Shown: positions 1 through 9,353, numbered from the stretch's first letter. The stretch: DNA of 64,000 bases from Candidatus Sumerlaeia bacterium (GCA_033764015.1 JANRJK010000039.1:1-64000), one strand, 5' to 3'. Notes: generated from the sequence alone by a model not told the origin. Made by a program: numbers and translations.

Positions 1-1
1 T

Positions 2-160
2 TCGCTTAGAGCAACCGCCGCAACGAACGCCCTGGAGCACCAAGCCGACATCGCGAAGGTCCAGGAGTGGCTCGGCCACGCCAACGTCAGCACGACGCGG
101 CTCTATGACCGGAGGCGGAGCAGGGTGGAGGAGTCGCCGACTTGGCGGGTGAGTTACTAG
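2..160 (+). mobile_element. Tyrosine recombinase/integrase, C-terminal fragment (5'-truncated by window edge)
   Basis: Frame 2 reads SLRATAATNALEHQADIAKVQEWLGHANVSTTRLYDRRRSRVEESPTWRVSY*. This has the (H)xLR and LGH...TTxxY box-II motifs with the catalytic Tyr. It is not in the ORF track because the start lies outside the window. Confidence 0.85.
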
Positions 161-221
161 ACGCCCACTGAGCCTGTCCGACTACCACCGTGCCCGCAGG
201 TGGTACACTTCACCCACGGGG

Positions 222-520
222 GGCCAGGGGCGGGCGGTGAAGAGGATCTTGAGCCCGATGGACGATTGCGCGGCGGACAGCGGCGCGCGGGCGTGCTGCT
301 TCGTGCGCGCCGCCGGGACCAGCAGCGCTCCCGCCGCGACACCTTCGCAGGCGTTGGCAGAAAGCGTTCCATTTCCTGCGTTTACCGCCACGGCCGTTTC
401 GTCCCGGACCCGGAGCTGCGCCGATCCGTCCGCCTCGCGCGAGTGGATCCTCGGCACAGCGTAGGGACTATACTCATACGCCTCGACGGGCTTCAAGCCG
501 ATCACCCGGGGCAGCTGGCC
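222..520 (-). ncRNA. Candidate ~300-nt structured non-coding RNA, family unassigned
   Basis: Intergenic region with nested helices: 222-227/515-520, 236-240/502-506, 248-257/487-497, 280-288/305-313, 313-319/401-407, 322-327/332-337, 339-344/349-354, 355-360/385-390 and 415-424/451-460. Four helices have an A.C mismatch on + that becomes a G.U pair on -, and there is a GCGA (GNRA) tetraloop on -. Confidence 0.6.
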
Positions 521-574
521 GGAGCCGCCGGGCGGGGGTTAGAGCGCCGTGACCTACGAGTCCTTGGAATTGTT

Positions 575-1381
575 TCACCCCGGATCTTCGACGCGGCCCT
601 CCGCCTTCCTGAGCCGCCGGTCGAGCCAGAGTGTTTGCGCGATGAGGCCGCGGAGGATTTGCGACTCGCGCTGCGTGAGCCGCGAGCGCGTGGCCATGGA
701 GCGCAGCAGCGCCAAGGAGGTTTGCGTGCGCGCGCTGTTGTCGTAGCCGAGGCGGTGCATCGCGTCGCGGAGGTGCTCGAGGACCCCGTCGATCTCGCCC
801 TGCGTGGCGAAGCGGTCGCGCGAGTCGCCCCCGGCGACGGGGTGGAGCGAACGCGGGCTGAGGCCCCCGGCGGGGGAGGGGGCGTCCCAGCCCCGCGCGC
901 GGTACGCTTCCGCGGCGCCGGCGAGCGCGATGCCGACCGCCTGCGCGAGGTTCAGCGAGGGGAAGTCCTCCGCGGTCGGCAGGCGCCAGCGGTGCGCGCA
1001 GACGTTCGCCTCCTCGTTCGACATGCCGTGGTCCTCGCGGCCGAAGACGAGCGCGAGGCGGGGCGCTTCCGCGTGGCCTTCGAGGAGCGGCGCGGGCGTG
1101 GCCCCGGCGCATTCGAGCTGCCGCTGATGCCCGGCGACCCCGGTGAGCGCGACGGTCAGTTCGTAGGGGGCGAGCGCCTCCGCGAGCGTGGCGCAGCGGC
1201 GCGCCCGGCGGAGCAGTTCGCCCGCGCCGGCGGCCATCGCGCGCGCTAGGCCGTCCAGCGGGTCGCACGCGGGGTTCACCAGCACCAGCTCGCGGGCGCC
1301 GTGGTTCTTCATCACGCGCGCCACCGCGCCGAGGTTGCCGGGCTCCCGCGTTTCGATCAGCACCACCGCCAGCCGCTCCAT
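575..1381 (-). CDS. trmJ: TrmJ/LasT-family SPOUT RNA methyltransferase
   Basis: Motifs VVLIETREPGNLGAVARVMKN, ALVFGREDHGMSNEE and FPSLNLAQAV. Start taken at ATG 1381. Confidence 0.85.
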   Translation of the reverse strand: MERLAVVLIETREPGNLGAVARVMKNHGARELVLVNPACDPLDGLARAMAAGAGELLRRARRCATLAEALAPYELTVALTGVAGHQRQLECAGATPAPLLEGHAEAPRLALVFGREDHGMSNEEANVCAHRWRLPTAEDFPSLNLAQAVGIALAGAAEAYRARGWDAPSPAGGLSPRSLHPVAGGDSRDRFATQGEIDGVLEHLRDAMHRLGYDNSARTQTSLALLRSMATRSRLTQRESQILRGLIAQTLWLDRRLRKAEGRVEDPG

Positions 1382-1511
1382 GGGCGCGCCTCCTCGGACC
1401 GACGATTGCGCACGGGGCGGGAGCGGGGCGCAAGGCGCCGGCACGCACGCGGCGCTTGTCCCGCCGGGCCGGGGCTCCGAACCTTCGGCCCGAACGGAGC
1501 CTCCGCGCGGT

Positions 1512-2378
1512 ATGAAGCAGCTCGCCACCTTCCTCGAAGCGATCAAGTTCTCCCACTCGGTCTTCGCCCTGCCGTTCGCGCTCATCGCGATGCTGGCGGC
1601 GGGTCCGGGCTGGCCGGGGTTCTGGACGCTCTTCTGGATCGTCGCGGCGTGCGTCGCGGCGCGGACCGCGGCGATGGCGTTCAACCGGCTGATCGACGCG
1701 GACGTGGACGCGGCCAACCCGCGCACGCGCAACCGCGCGCTCGTCACCGGCGAGCTCTCGCGCCGCGACATGGCGGTGGCGCTCGTGGCCAGCTCCCTCG
1801 CGTTCTTCTTCGCCGCCGGGATGCTCAACCGGCTCTGTCTGCTGCTCTCGCCACCCACACTGCTCGTCCTGCTGGGCTACAGCTATACCAAGCGCTTCAC
1901 CGACTTCTCGCACCTGGTGCTTGGCCTCGCGCTGGGTCTCGCGCCGATGGGCGCGTGGGTCGCCGTGACGGGTTCGATCGCCTTCGCTCCGATGCTGCTG
2001 GCGGGAGCGGTGCTTTTCTGGGTGGCGGGATTCGACATCCTCTACTCGTGCCAAGACTACGAGTTCGACCGCTCCGCGGCGGGACTGCACTCGCTGCCGA
2101 AGCGGCTCGGCATCCGCGGCGCCATGCGGCTCGCGCGGCGGTTCCACGGCGCGACCCTGCTCCTGCTGCTGCTGTTCTGGCTGCTGTCGCCGTTCGGCGG
2201 GCTTTTCCTGCTGGGCGTCGGCGCGGTGGGGCTGCTGCTGATCCGCCAGCACGCGCTGGTGAGCCCGCGCGACCTGTCGCGGATCGACGCGGCGTTCTTC
2301 ACCACGAACGGCGTGATCAGCGTGGGGCTGTTCTTCGTGGCGGCGATCGATCTGGCGCTGCTCGGCGGCGCGGGCTGA
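1512..2378 (+). CDS. UbiA-family prenyltransferase (MqnP-like, futalosine menaquinone pathway)
   Basis: IKFSHSVFALPFA, AMAFNRLIDADVDAANPRT, YSYTKRFT and GFDILYSCQDYEFD motifs; multiple TM segments. Confidence 0.85.
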   Translation: MKQLATFLEAIKFSHSVFALPFALIAMLAAGPGWPGFWTLFWIVAACVAARTAAMAFNRLIDADVDAANPRTRNRALVTGELSRRDMAVALVASSLAFFFAAGMLNRLCLLLSPPTLLVLLGYSYTKRFTDFSHLVLGLALGLAPMGAWVAVTGSIAFAPMLLAGAVLFWVAGFDILYSCQDYEFDRSAAGLHSLPKRLGIRGAMRLARRFHGATLLLLLLFWLLSPFGGLFLLGVGAVGLLLIRQHALVSPRDLSRIDAAFFTTNGVISVGLFFVAAIDLALLGGAG

Positions 2379-2388
2379 GGAACGGGCC

Positions 2389-3495
2389 GTGCGACTCCAC
2401 TCCCTCGCGATTTCCCAGTTCCGCCTGATCCGGCAGATGGAGTTGCAGCTCCCGCCGGGCCTCACCGTGTTCCTCGGCGCCAACGCGCAGGGGAAGACCA
2501 GCATCCTCGAGGCGGTGTCGTTCCTGTCCACAGGGCGCTCCTTCCGCACCACGCGCGAGAAGGAAGTGATCCCCTTCGAAAGCTCGATCCATGTCGCCCG
2601 CGCCGTCGGCCAGTTCACCCGCGCGCAGGTGAACCACGAGATCAGCGTCGCTATCGAGAGCGCGGGGAAGCGCATCCTCCTCGACGACAAGCCGGCGCGC
2701 TCGCTGTCGCAGGTGCTCGGGCAGATGACGTCGGTGTTCTTCTCGCCGGGCGACCTCGAGCTGGTGCAGGGCGCGCCCGCGCTGCGCCGCGATTTCCTGC
2801 GCCTGCTGCTGGCGCAGCTCGATCCCGGGTCGCTCAAGCTGATGACCACCTACGACCGCGCGCTCAAGGACCGCAACGCGCTGCTGCGCTGGCCCTCCCC
2901 GCCGCGGGCGTCGGAGCTGGACGCCTTCGAGGCGATCATGGCGCGCGCCGCCGCCGCGCTCTACGAGCAGTTCGGCACCCTCGCGGAGCGGCTCCGCGAC
3001 GCCGCGCGCCCGTTCCACGAGCAGCTCGCGGCGGGGGAGGAGCTCGGCGCCGCGCTCGAATCCGCGCTGCCGCCCGCGCTCGGGGCCGCGCGGCCCACGG
3101 AGCAGGAGCTGCGCGCCCTGTGGGAATCGCAGCGCGGCCCCGACCGCCAACGCGGCACCACGCTGCACGGGCCGCACCGCGACGACCTCGCGCTCACGAT
3201 CAACGGCGAGGACGCGCGCAAGTTCGCGAGCCAGGGGCAGGCGCGAAGCCTCGCGCTCTCGCTCCGCCTCGGCCAGCTCGCGCTCCTCGAGGAGCGTTGG
3301 GGCGAGCCGCCGGTGCTGCTCCTGGACGACATCGTCGGCGAGCTCGACCGCGAGCGCACCGAGCGCTTCCTGCGCATCGTGGCCCGCACCGGCGCGCAAG
3401 CGCTCCTCGCCGCCACCGACGCCGCAGCGCTCAACGCCGCTGGCGCGCCGGTGTCCCGGCTGTTCCGCATCCACCAGGGCGGGGTGCTGCGCTAG
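2389..3495 (+). CDS. recF: DNA replication/repair protein RecF
   Basis: Walker A GANAQGKTSILEA, GPHRDDL, ASQGQ and PVLLLDDIVGELD. Confidence 0.95.
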   Translation: MRLHSLAISQFRLIRQMELQLPPGLTVFLGANAQGKTSILEAVSFLSTGRSFRTTREKEVIPFESSIHVARAVGQFTRAQVNHEISVAIESAGKRILLDDKPARSLSQVLGQMTSVFFSPGDLELVQGAPALRRDFLRLLLAQLDPGSLKLMTTYDRALKDRNALLRWPSPPRASELDAFEAIMARAAAALYEQFGTLAERLRDAARPFHEQLAAGEELGAALESALPPALGAARPTEQELRALWESQRGPDRQRGTTLHGPHRDDLALTINGEDARKFASQGQARSLALSLRLGQLALLEERWGEPPVLLLDDIVGELDRERTERFLRIVARTGAQALLAATDAAALNAAGAPVSRLFRIHQGGVLR

Positions 3496-3502
3496 CTTGC
3501 GG

Positions 3503-3538
3503 AAAACGGAACGGCGCCCCCTCGCGGAGGCGCCGTCC
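3503..3538 (-). terminator. Intrinsic terminator-like hairpin between convergent genes
   Basis: Stem acggcgcc (3511-3518) / ggcgccgt (3529-3536), with a short U-run on the minus strand. Confidence 0.5.
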
Positions 3539-3563
3539 AGCACAGCCGGGGTGGTCGTTCAGG

Positions 3564-6368
3564 TCACGGGTCGATGATGAGCAGGAGCTGCGGGCGCAGC
3601 GCGCCGGAAGCGTTGCCCGAGTAGAAGCGGACGTTGTCCGCCGTGCTGTTCCCGTTGGTGCCGGCGGGGAAGTAGACGCGGAACTGCGTCGAGCCCATGC
3701 GGTTGATGCCCGCCAGCGCGTCGCCGTTCAGGTCGATGGTGACGGTGTCGCCGTTCGCCGCCGGCACCGCGATCGGAGCCAGCGAAGCGTCCGCCACGCG
3801 GCCGTAGTCCTCGAAGTCCTCCGGCTGGAGCGCCGGGGTGGTGTGGAAGATGCCGCCGTCGCCCGCGCACTGCATGTCGAGCGCGAGGTCGCCGAGCAGC
3901 GACGGGTCGCCCGCGACCGACTGCCGCGTGAGGACGATCTGCGCCGAGACGATCTCGGCGTCGGGATACAGGGCGTTGAGCGACGAGGTGTTGAAGGAGA
4001 GGATGCCGCGTGACTCCTGGTTGGTCGCCTCGTCGCCGATCAGGATGGCGGTGTTGGCCGAGTCGACGAAGCGTCCGCGCTCGATCGCCTCGCTCTCAGA
4101 CAGCACGCGCCCGTCGCGGGACGCTTCGCTGAAGTACGGATCGAGTTCGAGGTTCGTGTCGGGGTTCGAGAACACCGGCCCGCAGGGGTTCGCCGCGGAA
4201 AGCGTTTCGAGGATCAGCTCCGGCTTCCAGGTCGGGTTCGAGTAGCCCGGCGAGGCGAGCTGCCAGAAGTCGAACGTGTTGTCGCTGTCCGAAGGCGTCG
4301 TGGTGCGGAGACGGAACTGGACGACGCCGTTGGTCGGCAGCAGGGCGGCGATGCTGTCGAGGTTGACCTCGACCGACTCGCCGGCTGCGAGCGCCGCCAG
4401 CGACGCGGCGGGGATCGTCGCCACGCCGTTCTGGAAGGCGGAAGCCTCGAAGTCGGACGTCTGCCGCGAGATGGTGCCGAAGGTCGGCAGCGCCACATCC
4501 ACCAGCACATCGCCGAGCGCCGTCGCGTTGTTGCCCGGGGCCGGGATCAGCGTGCTCGTGAGGCGCAGCCGCGCCGACGAGACCGTCGCCGCCGTCGTCG
4601 ACACGGTGAAGTGGATCAGGGAGCGGCGTTCGCGGTTCAGCGTGTCGTCGCCGACCTCGAAGCGCCGCGAGGGGAACACCACGGCGCCGCCGAGGCCGGA
4701 GCCCGGGGTGCCCTCGAGCAGGATCGAGTCGTAGGCGGCGAAGGGCTCGCGGAGGTAGCTCGGGCCGTCATAGTTCACCGGGGGAAGCCCGGTGAAGATG
4801 AGCTCGCCCGCGCCCGCGTCGTCGTTCGTGTCCCACAGCTCGCCGTTGAGGGCCGCGATCTGCGGCCCGCTCATCGCCGCCGGCGGCAGCAGCGACGGCA
4901 CCTCGAAGCGGTTGCCCGAGACGTCGATGTCGTCGCTGAACGCCGTCACCGTGCGGCCCGGGGCGGGGTTGGGGTACGAACCCGTGTGGAACTGGTTGTA
5001 GGCGTCGAGCGGGCTGGTGCCCCCCGCCGCGTTCACCGTGTCGCTATCCAAGACCACCGCATAGGCGAGGCCGTCCTGGAAGCTGTTGTACAGCGATGGC
5101 ACCGCGCCACCGACGGTCATCGCGCCCATCGGGCGCGTGTTGCCCGCCGAGACGCCGCGGCGGAAGGCGAGGCCGATGCCGCCGGCGACGGTTCCCTCGT
5201 TGAACGCGTTGCCCTGGATCACCGTGTCGTTTGCGGTCACGGGCGTGAACGAGCCGCTGATGCCCGTCCCCGGGTAGTCCGTGTCCACCAGCAGGTGCGC
5301 GATTCCCAGCGCCACACCCGGCACCACGTTGAACGTGTTGTTCGAGATCGTGACGTTGTCCGACGCGCCCGAGTAGAACCCGAGGTTGCGCGAATTGAAC
5401 GTGTTGCCGTCCACAAGGATCGGGCGCGACTGGTAGTTGTGCTTCACCAGAAGGCCCTGGAGGCCGAAGGGGTTGCCGTTGTTCGGGTTGAGGTTCGAGT
5501 TGAACGTGTTGTCGAGGACCTGGAGCGGCGTGGCGGCGAAGTTCGGCTCTGTGAAGTCGATGCCTGCGCCGTTGAACGTGTTGCCTTGGACCAGCACCGG
5601 CCCGTTTGTCGGAAACTGGTAGAGCAGGTCGGTGAACGTCGCCTGGATCGTGTTGCCGTCCCCGGGGTTCGGCCCGCCGATGGTGCCGAGCCCTTGGCGC
5701 ATGTAGATTCCGCGCGAGAAGAAGGAACTCTGCATCCCGTTCACGCCGGCGATGATCTGGTTCCCGCGAATGATGGCCGTCTGGGTGAAGTTCGGGGCCT
5801 CGTCATCCTGCAGGTGGATCGCGGTGTGCTGGTCGGGGAAGCCGGACTGGGACTGCGTGCCGTTCGAGATGAACACATTGCCGAGCACCTGCAGGCCGTT
5901 GAACCGCGCCGCGCCGCCATTCGAGCGCACGCCGTGGCGCACGTCGTCCTGCTGCACCACGAAGCGGAAGTTCGAAATCGTGACGTTCTGCGCGTTGACG
6001 GTGAAGAGCGCCGCGTTCGCGGCCGGTGGGCCGGCGACGACGGGCGCCTGTACGATCGTTCCGGTGTTCGACTCGCCGTTGATCGTCACGCCGTTCTTCG
6101 TGATCGTCACGAACCCGGAGTAGGAGCCGTCGGCGACCTCGATCGTGTCTCCGGGCGCTGCCAGCGTGTGTCCGGCGATGATGGACGGGGCGGCGTCCGC
6201 CCCCGGAGGCGTGGCCGAAACGCCGTCCCAGTAGACCGTTGCGGGGCCCGCGCCGTCGGGATCGGCGGCGTTGACCGGGTTCGAGAAGTTGTCGTCGACA
6301 TAGATCGTTTGCGCCGAGGCGGCGCCTGCTGCGGCGAACGCCGCGAGAAGTACAGCGAACTTGCGCAT
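3564..6368 (-). CDS. Secreted 934-aa parallel beta-helix protein with two C-terminal DNRLRE/CBM96-like beta-sandwich domains
   Basis: Signal peptide MRKFAVLLAAFAAAGAASA-Q. PGDTIEVADGSY and repeated xxxGNxF/NNTFN beta-helix rungs. Two similar C-terminal modules (…GDDTLNRERRSLIHF…SARLRL…KPELILE and …GDEATNQESRGILSF…SAQIVL…RPQLLL). Confidence 0.7.
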   Translation of the reverse strand: MRKFAVLLAAFAAAGAASAQTIYVDDNFSNPVNAADPDGAGPATVYWDGVSATPPGADAAPSIIAGHTLAAPGDTIEVADGSYSGFVTITKNGVTINGESNTGTIVQAPVVAGPPAANAALFTVNAQNVTISNFRFVVQQDDVRHGVRSNGGAARFNGLQVLGNVFISNGTQSQSGFPDQHTAIHLQDDEAPNFTQTAIIRGNQIIAGVNGMQSSFFSRGIYMRQGLGTIGGPNPGDGNTIQATFTDLLYQFPTNGPVLVQGNTFNGAGIDFTEPNFAATPLQVLDNTFNSNLNPNNGNPFGLQGLLVKHNYQSRPILVDGNTFNSRNLGFYSGASDNVTISNNTFNVVPGVALGIAHLLVDTDYPGTGISGSFTPVTANDTVIQGNAFNEGTVAGGIGLAFRRGVSAGNTRPMGAMTVGGAVPSLYNSFQDGLAYAVVLDSDTVNAAGGTSPLDAYNQFHTGSYPNPAPGRTVTAFSDDIDVSGNRFEVPSLLPPAAMSGPQIAALNGELWDTNDDAGAGELIFTGLPPVNYDGPSYLREPFAAYDSILLEGTPGSGLGGAVVFPSRRFEVGDDTLNRERRSLIHFTVSTTAATVSSARLRLTSTLIPAPGNNATALGDVLVDVALPTFGTISRQTSDFEASAFQNGVATIPAASLAALAAGESVEVNLDSIAALLPTNGVVQFRLRTTTPSDSDNTFDFWQLASPGYSNPTWKPELILETLSAANPCGPVFSNPDTNLELDPYFSEASRDGRVLSESEAIERGRFVDSANTAILIGDEATNQESRGILSFNTSSLNALYPDAEIVSAQIVLTRQSVAGDPSLLGDLALDMQCAGDGGIFHTTPALQPEDFEDYGRVADASLAPIAVPAANGDTVTIDLNGDALAGINRMGSTQFRVYFPAGTNGNSTADNVRFYSGNASGALRPQLLLIIDP

Positions 6369-6682
6369 GGCTACTCTTGCTCCTTGTGTGATGGCCCGTG
6401 GGACGGGCGCTTCGAGGGTGGCCGGGGGGCGTAACTTACTCCGCCCCCAGGGGGGCGGCGGGAACTTCCCTTGATTGGCTTGCGCGGGTTCCTTGCGATG
6501 TTGCCCGCGCGCCCGTCAATCGCGTTCGAGCAGTGAGCGCCGGTTTGCGAAGAAATGCAGGTATATCCCTTTACAAGTAAGGGTGTGCACCCCCGCGACC
6601 GGGTGCGGTTCCCCCGCTTCGCGGCTTGTACCTCTTCCGCGACCGCCTCCATGATTCCTCATCCGACCATGGAACCCGAGCG

Positions 6683-8155
6683 GTGACCCACTCCCCCTTC
6701 GCAGCCACCCGTTGGGTCCTCGCGAGCAGCGTCGGCTTCCGCATCGTCGCGATCTTCGGCCAGTGGATCATCCTCCGCCTCGTCGAGAAGGAGGTCTTCG
6801 GCGCCTACCGCGGCATCGTGTCGATCCACCTGATGCTACTGGCGCTGCTGCCACTCGGGATGGACATGCTGCTGGTGCGCGAGAAGTCGCGGCGCGCGCG
6901 CTACGCGGTCGCGTTGTCCTGGCTGCTGGCGTTGGCAGGGGGCGTCCTGTCGCTCGGGACGCTGGTGGCGGCGCTGGCGCCGGCGTTCTCGCCGCGCAGC
7001 CTGCTCGCCTCGCTGCTCGACCTCGAGGGCGACTACGCCGCGGCGCTGCTGATGGCCCCGATCTTCGCGGTGCAGGCGTTCAAGCTCGCCGTGCGCGCGC
7101 CGCTCTCCGCGCGGCTCGACTTCCGCAAAATCTCCATCGCCGAGTTCGGCAACGGCGTCATCACCTGGATCGGCGGCGCGCTGGCGGTGATCGCCGTGCC
7201 GAACGCCTTCGCGCTCCTAGCGGCCTACCTCGCGGGGGAGCTGTTCGAGTTCCTCTTCATGCTGCGGGGCGAGCGCTGGGAGCCGAGCAGCGTGTTCCAG
7301 CGGCGGCGGCTCTCCATCGTGAAGACGCTTTGGCGCCGGCACCGCCGCTTCTGCCTGTTCAACGCGGTTGACCTGACGGTGAACAACGTCGCGTCGCTCG
7401 CGCCCGGCGTGCTCCTGCTGATGTGGGTCTCGAAGGAGGCGAACGCGGACTTCCAGGTCGCCGCCACCGTGATCGTTCTCCCCGTGATGCTGCTCGTGGG
7501 CGCCATCCACCGGGTCACGTTCCCGACGATCTCGGGCCTGTCGGATGTGGAACTGCACCACCGTTGCCTCGCGATCGTAGGGGCTGGGGCCTGCTTCATC
7601 GCGCCCGCGGTGATCGGCTTCGCGGTCTTCGCGGAGAGCACCGTCTGGATCCTCGGCGGCGCGAAGTACGCAAGCGCCGCCGCCTTGGTCCCGTGGATGG
7701 CGGGATACATGTTCCTGACGGCGATCTACTCGCCGATCTCGAGCCTCGACGTCGTCCGCGACCGCCCCGAGGTCGGCATGTACTGGAACCTGCTCCACCT
7801 CGCGGTGCGCGTGGCCGTGCTCTGGCTCTTCCACGAGCGCGGCGCCACCTTCGCGATCGCCGCGATGGCGGTCGCCAGCACGCTCCTCTGGCTGCTCTGG
7901 GTGTGGTTGCTCGGCGAGCTGCTGGCCGCCGGCATGGAGCGCTACTTCCGCGCGGTGGTCCGCTTCGCCCCCATGTGGATGGTGGCGGGCGCGGGCTTCT
8001 GGCTGGCGGAGCGGTTCGCCGCCGGGAGGCCGTTCGAGCTGCTGCTGGGACCGCTTTTCGGCATCCCCGTGGCGCTGTTCTATCTCGCGCTCGTGTGGAA
8101 GTTCCACCCGCTGGAGACGCGCCTCCTCAAGAAGCTCGCGCGCGGAGGCCGTTGA
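6683..8155 (+). CDS. Wzx-like polysaccharide flippase (MOP/PST family)
   Basis: About 12-14 hydrophobic segments; LSARLDFRKISIAE resembles the Wzx motif. GTG start is inferred. Confidence 0.7.
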   Translation: MTHSPFAATRWVLASSVGFRIVAIFGQWIILRLVEKEVFGAYRGIVSIHLMLLALLPLGMDMLLVREKSRRARYAVALSWLLALAGGVLSLGTLVAALAPAFSPRSLLASLLDLEGDYAAALLMAPIFAVQAFKLAVRAPLSARLDFRKISIAEFGNGVITWIGGALAVIAVPNAFALLAAYLAGELFEFLFMLRGERWEPSSVFQRRRLSIVKTLWRRHRRFCLFNAVDLTVNNVASLAPGVLLLMWVSKEANADFQVAATVIVLPVMLLVGAIHRVTFPTISGLSDVELHHRCLAIVGAGACFIAPAVIGFAVFAESTVWILGGAKYASAAALVPWMAGYMFLTAIYSPISSLDVVRDRPEVGMYWNLLHLAVRVAVLWLFHERGATFAIAAMAVASTLLWLLWVWLLGELLAAGMERYFRAVVRFAPMWMVAGAGFWLAERFAAGRPFELLLGPLFGIPVALFYLALVWKFHPLETRLLKKLARGGR

Positions 8156-8180
8156 CGCGGCCCCCGCGCGCGGGGGTGTT

Positions 8181-9203
8181 CTAGAAGCGCTTCGTGCGGA
8201 AGTGGCAGTAAGGCTCCTTGCCGGTCGTGGCGTAGTAGTCCTGATGGTAGTCCTCCGCGGCCCAGAAGCGCGAGGCGGGGACGATCTCCGTGGCTACCTT
8301 CAGCCCCTTCGCGCGGAGCCGGCCGACCAGGTCCTCGGTGACCCGCTTCTGCTCGTCGTCCATGTAGAACACCGCGCTGCGGTACTGCGGCCCGATATCT
8401 GGTCCCTGGCGGTTCACCTGCGTCGGGTCGTGGATTTCGAAGAAGAGCTTCGCGAGCGTCTCGTAGCTGGTCTTCGAGGGGTCGTAGGTCACCTCGACCG
8501 CCTCCGCGTGGCCCGTGTTGGTGTAGCAGACCTCCTTGTAGGTCGGGTTGTCCTTGTGGCCGCCGATGTAGCCGGAAACCGCGGAGAGCACGCCCGGTTC
8601 CATTTCGAAGTAGTGCTCGACGCCCCAGAAGCAGCCGCCGGCGAAGATCGCCTTGGCCGTCGCCGGGGGCGCCCCGGAAGTGTCCGGCTTGAACACCATC
8701 GAGATCGAGTTCACGCAATGGCGCGTGTCCGTCTCGGTGAAGCCCTCGCCGGTGAACACGTGGCCGAGGTGGCCGTCGCAGTTGGCGCAGACGATCTCCG
8801 TGCGCGAGCCGTCCGGGTCCGGAAGGCGCTTCACCGCGCCCTTGATTTCATCATCGAAGGCGGGCCAGCCGCACCGCGAATCGAACTTCGTCTCGGAGCG
8901 GTACAGGGCGGCGTCGCAGCGGCGGCAGTGGTAGGTGCCGACGCCCTTGTGGTTGGTGTACTCGCCGGTGAAGGCCCGTTCGGTGCCTTTGCGGACGATG
9001 ACGCGCTCCTCCTCGGGGGTGAGCTGGCGCCAGTTGGCGTTCTTCGTGTCGGAAGCCATCGCTTCTCCTTCCTTCGCCGGTTGGTTGTCGCCACCCGCGA
9101 GGGCCTCGTAGCGCGCCACGCCCGAGAGGGCGATGGCGAACACCGCTGCCCAGACCGCGTAGCCGGCGCGTCGGATGATCTTAGCTGCCTTGTTGGTTTC
9201 CAT
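8181..9203 (-). CDS. msrAB: Bifunctional methionine sulfoxide reductase MsrB-MsrA with N-terminal signal/TM segment
   Basis: MsrB motifs GTERAFTG, CGWPAF, HLGHVF and RHCVNS; MsrA motifs GGCFWG and AEDYHQDY. Alternative start at 9059. Confidence 0.92.
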   Translation of the reverse strand: METNKAAKIIRRAGYAVWAAVFAIALSGVARYEALAGGDNQPAKEGEAMASDTKNANWRQLTPEEERVIVRKGTERAFTGEYTNHKGVGTYHCRRCDAALYRSETKFDSRCGWPAFDDEIKGAVKRLPDPDGSRTEIVCANCDGHLGHVFTGEGFTETDTRHCVNSISMVFKPDTSGAPPATAKAIFAGGCFWGVEHYFEMEPGVLSAVSGYIGGHKDNPTYKEVCYTNTGHAEAVEVTYDPSKTSYETLAKLFFEIHDPTQVNRQGPDIGPQYRSAVFYMDDEQKRVTEDLVGRLRAKGLKVATEIVPASRFWAAEDYHQDYYATTGKEPYCHFRTKRF

Positions 9204-9242
9204 CGGATGCGTTTGCTCCTTCCAGCGTGCGGCCCAAAGGGG

Positions 9243-9258
9243 CGCAAGCGGCGTGCCG
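9243..9258 (-). promoter_or_regulatory. Possible sigma-54 (-24/-12) promoter upstream of msrAB
   Basis: Minus strand CGGCACG-CCGC-TTGCG versus consensus TGGCACG-N4-TTGC, about 40 nt upstream of the ATG and its GGAG RBS. Confidence 0.4.
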
Positions 9259-9353
9259 CCAGTTTGGCGGGTTCCGGACGCGATTTCAATGCTTTGGCGA
9301 CGGAAAGCCCCCGGTCCTCGCTCCCGGGCGACGAGCTTTCGTAAGCCGAGCGG

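Noticed and set aside
294..480. Ribozyme- or SRP-like words on the minus strand (GACGAAAC, UAUAGUCC, GAAGCAGCA)
   Set aside because: There is no CUGANGA hammerhead core. The group I S-like word lies at the 5' end with no matching R element. The SRP helix-8 context is missing.
182..505. 107-aa minus-strand ORF (and 237-464 +) over the structured region
   Set aside because: No recognisable motif or RBS, and the pairing pattern fits an RNA better. Not formally excluded.
6369..6682. Intergenic region with hairpin ccgccccc/gggggcgg and an AT-richer patch, considered as a riboswitch
   Set aside because: No recognisable aptamer consensus; it is adequately explained as a divergent promoter region.
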